Source: Ignavibacteriales bacterium | GTDB taxonomy: Bacteria > Bacteroidota > Ignavibacteria > UBA10030 > UBA6906 | Direction: 5' to 3' | DNA length: 64,000 nt | NCBI GenBank assembly: GCA_037441705.1 | Contig: JBBIRR010000010.1 | Coordinates: forward strand, 1 to 64,000 | Shown: piece by piece, positions 58,132 to 64,000 of the stretch | How positions within the stretch are numbered: the stretch's first letter is position 1 | Layout: the number at the start of each line of letters is the position of its first letter | Translations under genes and position numbers: made by a program | The notes under the pieces: generated by a model | Told to the model about the DNA's origin: nothing | The model's database searches: none | The model's input: only the letters and a program-made list of their open reading frames with translations

Positions 58132-58662
58132 CTATGTGCGCTGTTGCAGCAACCATTCAGCAAAGTCTCTGAATGCGCCGTGCCCCCCATTGTACTTGCA
58201 ACGATAATGTGCCACGGGCCGAACGATCGGCATGCCATCTTTCGGCGTGGCGGTAAGTCCTTCCTGTGCGAGCGCCTGCATGATCTGGAGGTCGTTGACA
58301 TCATCGCCGATGTAGGCGAGGTTCTTGACCTGAAGTTGTGTTTCCTGAAGAATGTGTGGAAGATGTTGTGCCTTGTCCTGAACACCGAGATAGAGGTACG
58401 GCATGCGGAGTTTCTCTGCGCGCTTTTTCACGCTCGGTGATGTTTCGCTGGTGATGATGGCCGTCTCGATCCCTGCCTTCCGAAGCAGCTCGACCCCCAT
58501 TCCGTCGCGGATGGAGAAGCGCTTGAACATCTCTCCGTTTTCTCCGTAGTAAACGCCCGTGTCCGTCAGAACGCCGTCGTTATCGGCGAGAACGAGTTTG
58601 ATGTTGCGGGCACGAAGCCTGAGTTCCTTCTTCGAAAGTTTAGCTAACGCCAAGCGATTCAT
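58132..58662 (-). CDS. kdsC: KdsC-family HAD phosphatase (KDO-8-P/KDN-9-P phosphatase-like)
   Basis: DNDGVLTD, FSIRDGMG, YIGDDVND, GGHGAFRD. Confidence 0.85.
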   Translation of the reverse strand: MNRLALAKLSKKELRLRARNIKLVLADNDGVLTDTGVYYGENGEMFKRFSIRDGMGVELLRKAGIETAIITSETSPSVKKRAEKLRMPYLYLGVQDKAQHLPHILQETQLQVKNLAYIGDDVNDLQIMQALAQEGLTATPKDGMPIVRPVAHYRCKYNGGHGAFRDFAEWLLQQRT

Positions 58663-58679
58663 TCTCCCAGGTACAAAGA

Positions 58680-58711
58680 ATCCACCATCCACCATCCATC
58701 ATCCAAAATCC
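58680..58711. repeat. 7-bp tandem repeat (ATCCACC)~4.5
   Basis: ATCCACC ATCCACC ATCCATC ATCCAAA ATCC. Confidence 0.75.
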
Positions 58712-58718
58712 TCGCGCT

Positions 58719-59540
58719 CTAACACGCCGTCCATCCTCCATCCACGACGAGGTTCGCGCCCGTCATGTACGCCGAGGCATCGCTTGCCAGAAACACAATT
58801 GCCCCTTTGTAGTCCGTCGGCGCCGCCATCCGTCCCAACGGCGTCCGCGCTGCATAGTTGCGCACGAAGAATTCATCTTGCGCATTCTCGACGCCGCCCG
58901 GCGAGAGACAATTCACCCGCACGCCTGCACGACCCCAATACGCCGCGAGAAAGCGCGTGAACGCAATGATCGCCCCTTTCGTCGTCGGGTATGCAGCCGA
59001 TTTGTAGAATGCCTGCGTTCCGTCGGGACGTGTGTACAACGACTGGTCGGGCGCGACCATGCCGTACGTTGATGCAATGTTGATGATGCTGCCTTTGCCC
59101 GCCTTCGCCATCACACTCCCGATCACCTGCGAGCACACAAACGTGCCGGTCAGGTTCACATCCAACGACTTCTGCCAGAGATCGAGCGGGTAATTCTCGA
59201 ACTTCGAAAGCTCCAGCGCTGCCTGGGGATTCTCAAACATATCGTTGATCGCCGCATTGTTGACGAGGACATCGATGCGGCCGAACTCCTTCAGCACACG
59301 GTCGCGCAATGCTTCCACGGATGGTTTTTGGGTGATGTCCACGCCGCATCCCAGCGCGCGGGGTAAACCCTTGTTCATCAACTCCCCGGTAAAGGCAGCA
59401 CACTGCTTCTCGTCCAGATCGGCAGCGATAACATTCGCTCCTGCTTCTGCCAGCGCGTAGCAATGGTGCTTGCCTAACAGACCGACTGCACCGGTGACAA
59501 TAGCGATTCTGTCTCTCAGCGAGAACAGGCCGTCGGTCAT
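58719..59540 (-). CDS. SDR-family oxidoreductase
   Basis: [32 protein letters not shown]. Confidence 0.93.
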   Translation of the reverse strand: MTDGLFSLRDRIAIVTGAVGLLGKHHCYALAEAGANVIAADLDEKQCAAFTGELMNKGLPRALGCGVDITQKPSVEALRDRVLKEFGRIDVLVNNAAINDMFENPQAALELSKFENYPLDLWQKSLDVNLTGTFVCSQVIGSVMAKAGKGSIINIASTYGMVAPDQSLYTRPDGTQAFYKSAAYPTTKGAIIAFTRFLAAYWGRAGVRVNCLSPGGVENAQDEFFVRNYAARTPLGRMAAPTDYKGAIVFLASDASAYMTGANLVVDGGWTAC

Positions 59541-59560
59541 TTCGTTAGCCCGAACTACCA

Positions 59561-59770
59561 TCAAAGATTCCTGAATTCGTCCTCGCTGAGCCGAGCTTGT
59601 TTGAGTATCTTCCGAAAAGTGCCTTCGGGAATATCGCGTGTGTGCATCGAGACATATGTCTGCCTTCCGTCCGGATGTCGAAGAATCTTATGCGAGCCTG
59701 TTTGCCGTCGCTCTATGAATCCTGCCCGAAGCAACTTTGCCAGAACTTCACGTGCCGAGTACGGCATCAT
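59561..59770 (-). CDS. hicA: HicA-family mRNA interferase toxin
   Basis: GF...RQTGSH..L.HPDG, H..DIPEGT...ILKQA. Confidence 0.9.
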   Translation of the reverse strand: MMPYSAREVLAKLLRAGFIERRQTGSHKILRHPDGRQTYVSMHTRDIPEGTFRKILKQARLSEDEFRNL

Positions 59771-59993
59771 TTATCTCGAGCTTTTCGTAAAATGACTCAC
59801 CCTCGACAGGCACCGGTTCACCGTTCGCTCTTTTCTCTTCGATCCAGGCCGTAATAAGGTCAAGCGCCGCGACACGTGCGCCTTCTATACCAATGCCGTG
59901 TGTGGTGAGATCCAGTGCGGGCACGTGCGCGTAATAGTACCCCGAAGGAAAAGAGGGATCGGTTATTCGCTCAAATACGACGCTGTATGTCAT
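59748..59993 (-). CDS. hicB: HicB-family antitoxin (short)
   Basis: [18 protein letters not shown]...EGAR, GEPVP. Confidence 0.87.
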   Translation of the reverse strand: MTYSVVFERITDPSFPSGYYYAHVPALDLTTHGIGIEGARVAALDLITAWIEEKRANGEPVPVEGESFYEKLEINDAVLGT

Positions 59994-60044
59994 GAGCTCC
60001 TCATGCTGTTACTCGTTTACTAAAGACTCCTTGGTCCATTGCAA

Positions 60045-60112
60045 CAATCCCAATCTCCATCCACCACTCCAACTCTCCACCACTCCCTCACCCCCTTCAT
60101 CCATCCACCACA
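60045..60112. repeat. Degenerate CTCCA/TCCAC 8-mer repeat tract
   Basis: Same composition as 57128-57204 but decayed. Confidence 0.6.
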
Positions 60113-60113
60113 C

Positions 60114-61457
60114 CTACAGCTCTTTCACAGCCTTCGGTTTGATGTTGAAGTTGCTGGTCTTGCGAAACACCGGCTCGACGCACTCTCCGCGCATGTAGCC
60201 GCGTACGTTCTTCTCCTCGACGGCTTTCTTGAGAATCGGCAGGACGTCGCGATACGCCTTCAGTGTGTAGGCAACATCGTCTTCTGTATGTGAGAAGCAC
60301 ATCGTATGAAAGCCGCTCCACAAGATGCCGCGCTTGAACAGTTCTTGCTGCACCAGCGATTTCATCTCCAGCGGATTACCGGCAGCGGGATCGAACGAAA
60401 CGATGGATCGGAAACCGAATCCTGAACATTTCGTGTAGGTCATCCCCAGTTCGGCGGCAATCGCATTGTAGCCGTCGCGCAGTTTGCTGCCGAGCGTATC
60501 GAGATAGAGGGTCACGCGCTTGGAACGAATCTCATTGATCGTTGCTTTGACTGCTGCAAGCGACAGAGCTTCGCCGCCGAAGGTGGTAAAGAAGAACACA
60601 TCTCGTTCGAACAACGACATCACATCGCGCCTGCCGCAGAGAATGCCGATCGGCATGCCGTTGGCGACAGCTTTGGAAAATGTGGCGAGATCGGCTTTGA
60701 CCCCGAAGAACTCCTGCGCGCCGCCGAGGGCAATGCGAAATCCCGTCCACATCTCATCGAAAATAAGCAGTGTGCCGTTGGCTTCGCACACCTCCTTGAG
60801 TTTGTGGAGAAAATTATCGCGCGGTGCTTCGAACACCGTCGGCTCGAGGATCACTGCGGCCGTATCGCTGTCCAGAGAGTCGACAACTGATTGGATGTCG
60901 TTGTAGTTGAACGTGAACGTGAGGTCTTGCACCGCCTGCGGGATGCCTTTGTTGCGGTCCGTGACGCTGATGTACCAATCGTGCCAGCCATGATAGCCGC
61001 AGCAGAGAATCTTGTTGCGGCCCGTGAAGGCGCGCGCAACGCGCACCGCGGCGCTCGTCACGTCGGCGCCGGTTTTGCTGAAGCGGACGCTCTCGGCATT
61101 CGGCACGACCTCCCGCAGCAACTCCGCCACTTCGACTTCCAGAGGATGCATCATGGAAAAGGTGATGCCGTCGGCAAGCTGCGCTTTGATCGCATTGTCC
61201 ACCGCCTCGTAGCAGTAGCCGAGCGAAATGGGTCCAATCGCCATGTTGTAGTCGATGTACTCGTTGCTGTCGACGTCCCACACATGCGCCCCCTTGCCGC
61301 GCACGAGATACTTCGGCGCTACGCCGCGCGTGTACTGTCCGGGTCCCTTCGCCAGCGTCTGCGTTTGCGCGGGAATCAATCCGAGTGCGCGGGCGTAGAG
61401 TTTGTCACTCTCTGTGATGATCGGATAGGTGTCGTTGAAAGCTACGGTGTTTGCCAT
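60114..61457 (-). CDS. Class III PLP aminotransferase (GSA-aminomutase-like, polysaccharide-locus type)
   Basis: WDVDSNEYIDY, FSKTGAD, GYHGWHDW, LIFDEMWTGFR, TFSKAVANG. Confidence 0.9.
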   Translation of the reverse strand: MANTVAFNDTYPIITESDKLYARALGLIPAQTQTLAKGPGQYTRGVAPKYLVRGKGAHVWDVDSNEYIDYNMAIGPISLGYCYEAVDNAIKAQLADGITFSMMHPLEVEVAELLREVVPNAESVRFSKTGADVTSAAVRVARAFTGRNKILCCGYHGWHDWYISVTDRNKGIPQAVQDLTFTFNYNDIQSVVDSLDSDTAAVILEPTVFEAPRDNFLHKLKEVCEANGTLLIFDEMWTGFRIALGGAQEFFGVKADLATFSKAVANGMPIGILCGRRDVMSLFERDVFFFTTFGGEALSLAAVKATINEIRSKRVTLYLDTLGSKLRDGYNAIAAELGMTYTKCSGFGFRSIVSFDPAAGNPLEMKSLVQQELFKRGILWSGFHTMCFSHTEDDVAYTLKAYRDVLPILKKAVEEKNVRGYMRGECVEPVFRKTSNFNIKPKAVKEL

Positions 61458-61510
61458 GGGTCAGTCCTCGTGTTGGTTTCAAGGTTCAGGGTTCAAGGTC
61501 CGGATGCAGA

Positions 61511-62443
61511 TCAGGCTGAACCGGGCACGTTCAAACCTGAACCAACCTTTGTTATCTGTAAGATTCTCCCCGCCAACTTCTCTCCGGTGAATCCCTCATA
61601 CTCCAAAACATCTTTGAGCAACGCGGGCTTGAACCAGCGGTTCTCCAACGCAATCGGATGCACGCTGCACATCGTCTGATGCTTGACCAACACCTCACTG
61701 ACGATCGTGAAAAGCCCTCCGGTCAGGAAATGATCTTCGATCGTCACCACCGTCTGCGTCTCCCGCGCGGCAGCGAGAATCGCCTCCTCGTCCACGGGCG
61801 AGAGTGTGCGCATGTTCAGCACACGTGCCGCGATGCCTTCCTGCTCGAGCAACTCTGCCGCCTTCATCACCTCACGAACGAGAAATCCGTACGAGAGCAG
61901 AGCGAAATCGTCTCCTTCTTTCAACACTTCGGCTTTGCCGATCTTGAACGTGCTGGTATGCTCGAAGGTTCTCGGCAGGGCGTTGGACCGCATGTACGCC
62001 GGATGGGGATCGGCGATCATCGCGGCGAGCGCTTCCGCCTGTTCCTCGGCATCGGCGGGACACAGCACGCGCATATTGGGAATGCCGCGCAGAATCGAGA
62101 CGTCTTCGATCGCCTGGTGTGTCGGGCCGTTGGCTTCGGAGAGGAATCCTGCTACCGCGCCGACCAGTTTCACCGGCAGGCCGGAGATGCCGACATCGGT
62201 GCGGATGAATTCGAACGCGCGCAGCGTGAGAAATGTTGCCAGGGCATGGCAAATCGGGATGCGCCCGCGCAGGGCAAGCCCCGTCGCCGTTCCAATCATC
62301 GTCTGCTCGGCAATCCCGAAATCAATGAACCGATTGCCAAGCAGTCCGGTAATGTTCCGCATCGCCGCGCGGTTCTCCGCCGTCAACACGACGATGTCGT
62401 CTCGCTGTTCAACAAGCAGTTTGAGTTGCTCTTCGTATGTCAT
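61511..62443 (-). CDS. Transketolase-like C-terminal subunit
   Basis: DFGIAEQ, RAFEFIR, GPTHQAIED, VTIEDH. Confidence 0.9.
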   Translation of the reverse strand: MTYEEQLKLLVEQRDDIVVLTAENRAAMRNITGLLGNRFIDFGIAEQTMIGTATGLALRGRIPICHALATFLTLRAFEFIRTDVGISGLPVKLVGAVAGFLSEANGPTHQAIEDVSILRGIPNMRVLCPADAEEQAEALAAMIADPHPAYMRSNALPRTFEHTSTFKIGKAEVLKEGDDFALLSYGFLVREVMKAAELLEQEGIAARVLNMRTLSPVDEEAILAAARETQTVVTIEDHFLTGGLFTIVSEVLVKHQTMCSVHPIALENRWFKPALLKDVLEYEGFTGEKLAGRILQITKVGSGLNVPGSA

Positions 62444-62451
62444 GACGCGAT

Positions 62452-62560
62452 AAGCTCCAGTGTTCAAGCTCCAAGGTCCAAACAAGCTCCAAGTTCCAAA
62501 TCTCAACTTCCGAATTGAAAATTGATGCTGGAGCTTCTTTGGAACTTAAGTATTGAGATT
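62452..62560. repeat. Inverted arrays of 7-bp AAGCTCC/TTGGAAC-type repeats
   Basis: AAGCTCCAAGGTCCAAACAAGCTCCAAGTTCCAAATCTCAA ... TGGAGCTTCTTTGGAACTTAAGTATTGAGATTT. Confidence 0.65.
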
Positions 62561-62569
62561 TTCTTCCGT

Positions 62570-63427
62570 TTATCGCACGACGAGGGTCTCTGACGTGAGT
62601 TTGGCTTTGGCTCCGCCGTGCAATTCCTTGAGCAGCGCTTCTATTTCTTCGTGGCTGAAGTTGACGAACCACCGATTGGCTTGCCGTTCGATGCTCGGCA
62701 GTCCTTTGCCGCGTACCGTGTCGGCGATGATCACGTTGGGTTTACCCGCTGCAATCGGCACTGTTGCAAACGCCTTTTCCATCTCATCAAACGAATGGCC
62801 GTCGATCCGCTTGACCGACCATCCGAAGGCTTCGAACTTGTTCTCCAACGGCTCGATCGGGATCAGCTCCTCCGTCCGCACATTCGCCTGAAACTCATTG
62901 CGATCGACAACCGCGACGAGATTGTCCAGCCTGTACGCTGCGGCGACGAGCGCGGCTTCCCAGACCGAACCTTCGTTGAGCTCGCCGTCCCCCAAAATCA
63001 CGAACACGCGATTCGTTCCGCTTCGCATCTTGATGTCGAAGGCGACGCCCATCGCCACCGAAAGAAGATGGCCCAGCGAACCGGAATAGAATTCCACGCC
63101 CGGAAGGTTTCTGTTCGGATGCCAGTAGATGAAGTCGTTGGTCTTCAGATGATTCTTCAGACGCTCCCTGTCGAAGAAACCCAACTCAGCAAGCGTTCCG
63201 TACAGCGCGGGAACGTCGTGCCCTTTCGAGAGGAAAAAGTAGTCCCTCGACGGGTCGTTGATACGTTCAGGCGAAACATGGAGCACGTGTTTGTAGAGAT
63301 ACACGATCAGATCGGCGCACGAAAGCGACGCGCCGATGAAGCATCCGCCGTCGGTTGCCATGCGGATGATGTGCTCGCGGACTTTGAGTGCGAGTGCTTC
63401 GAGTTCGTGTTTCTGATGTTGCTGCAT
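62570..63427 (-). CDS. Transketolase-like N-terminal (ThDP-binding) subunit
   Basis: LSKGH, SGSLGH, GDGELNEGSVWEA...DRN, TVRGKG. Confidence 0.9.
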   Translation of the reverse strand: MQQHQKHELEALALKVREHIIRMATDGGCFIGASLSCADLIVYLYKHVLHVSPERINDPSRDYFFLSKGHDVPALYGTLAELGFFDRERLKNHLKTNDFIYWHPNRNLPGVEFYSGSLGHLLSVAMGVAFDIKMRSGTNRVFVILGDGELNEGSVWEAALVAAAYRLDNLVAVVDRNEFQANVRTEELIPIEPLENKFEAFGWSVKRIDGHSFDEMEKAFATVPIAAGKPNVIIADTVRGKGLPSIERQANRWFVNFSHEEIEALLKELHGGAKAKLTSETLVVR

Positions 63428-63487
63428 AGCGTGTTTCCTACTTTCTCCGGATCTGCTCGGAACTGCCTTGTTGCGGTGGAGTGGCAT

Positions 63488-63532
63488 CCTTCGACTTCGC
63501 TCGCACACAGCGCTCGCTGCGCTCAGGATGAC
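63488..63532. repeat. REP-like palindrome of the CCTTCGAC...GCTCAGGATGAC family
   Basis: Same termini as 2612-2663 and 3776-3825 with a different inner stem. Confidence 0.65.
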
Positions 63533-63545
63533 GCTTCGACTTCAC

Positions 63546-64000
63546 TCAGCACGCCCTGTACTCCGCCTCCGTTACGGTTCGCAACTCACCGGCATGATGC
63601 CGATACCAGTTGACGCCTGCGTATTGCGCGTTCATCGCGGCAATGTCCGGTTTCGCCTCCAACAGACGCAGGATATCCTGCATGGAGAAGATCGGCTTCT
63701 CCTCCGTCCAAAGCTCGTCGTACACCCGCGCAATGAAGGCATAGTCCTCGGGATAGTCAATCGTCCAGCGATGGCTCATCGAGTAGTTGAGTCCGGTTTC
63801 CCACGCCACGTTGCCGATGCGAAATCGTTCGGGACGCTCCCAGATGAACGGTGTCGTATGCTCGCGTTCGAAATCTCTTGTCGCCTCGCGCCATGCGGTG
63901 GTCAGCGTCTCCATGGTCATCACTTCAACATCATTCCCATCGGGATAGGTAGCGGGATGCAGGTTGCTCACGTAGTCGAACTCGTTGTGATGCTGGAGGA
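63546..64000 (-). CDS. spsF: SpsF-like cytidylyltransferase, C-terminal part (starts beyond the window)
   Basis: DYVSN...YPDGNDVEV, REHTTPFI, RWTIDYPEDY. Confidence 0.8.
   Translation of the reverse strand, partial: LQHHNEFDYVSNLHPATYPDGNDVEVMTMETLTTAWREATRDFEREHTTPFIWERPERFRIGNVAWETGLNYSMSHRWTIDYPEDYAFIARVYDELWTEEKPIFSMQDILRLLEAKPDIAAMNAQYAGVNWYRHHAGELRTVTEAEYRAC

Noticed and set aside
60114-61457. Calling the aminotransferase hemL
   Set aside because: GYHGWHDW type and location inside a sugar cluster argue for a paralogue, not tetrapyrrole synthesis

Overview
A ~57% GC chromosomal window. Several proteins end in the NYPNPFNP-type T9SS C-terminal sorting domain, which points to an Ignavibacteria-like member of the FCB group (inference). 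The left third (1-18 kb) is accessory. It holds a Gly-repeat fibre-like secreted protein with a small secreted partner missed by the ORF track, a NarL regulator, two beta-propeller sensor kinases, a truncated second regulator, mosaics of REP-like palindromes, and mobA. It also holds a three-gene heme cluster: a cytochrome/beta-propeller lipoprotein, a pentaheme lipoprotein, and a pentaheme paralogue whose T9SS tail is disconnected by a deletion/frameshift. The middle encodes an ABC-2 exporter, a four-repeat secreted protein of unknown family, glycosylasparaginase, T9SS-tagged GH5 and PQQ-dehydrogenase-like proteins, signalling genes and housekeeping genes (thyA-folA, Leu dehydrogenase, nusB, lpxH, PBP1A, queF-yhhQ, two csp, fbaB, phhB). 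The right end has a DUF1016-like/methyltransferase fusion, an AbiEii-type TA pair, and an unusual ulosonic-acid cluster (SpsF-like cytidylyltransferase, split transketolase, class III aminotransferase, SDR, KdsC-like phosphatase, short NeuB) interrupted by hicBA and short tandem repeats. The best leads are the T9SS-tagged multiheme cytochrome module, the ulosonate cluster, the fibre plus partner module with a shared ATGAC-N8-GTCAT box, the DUF1016-MTase fusion and the four-repeat protein. No rRNA, tRNA, CRISPR array or transposase was seen. All family calls come from motif recognition by eye, not from database searches.
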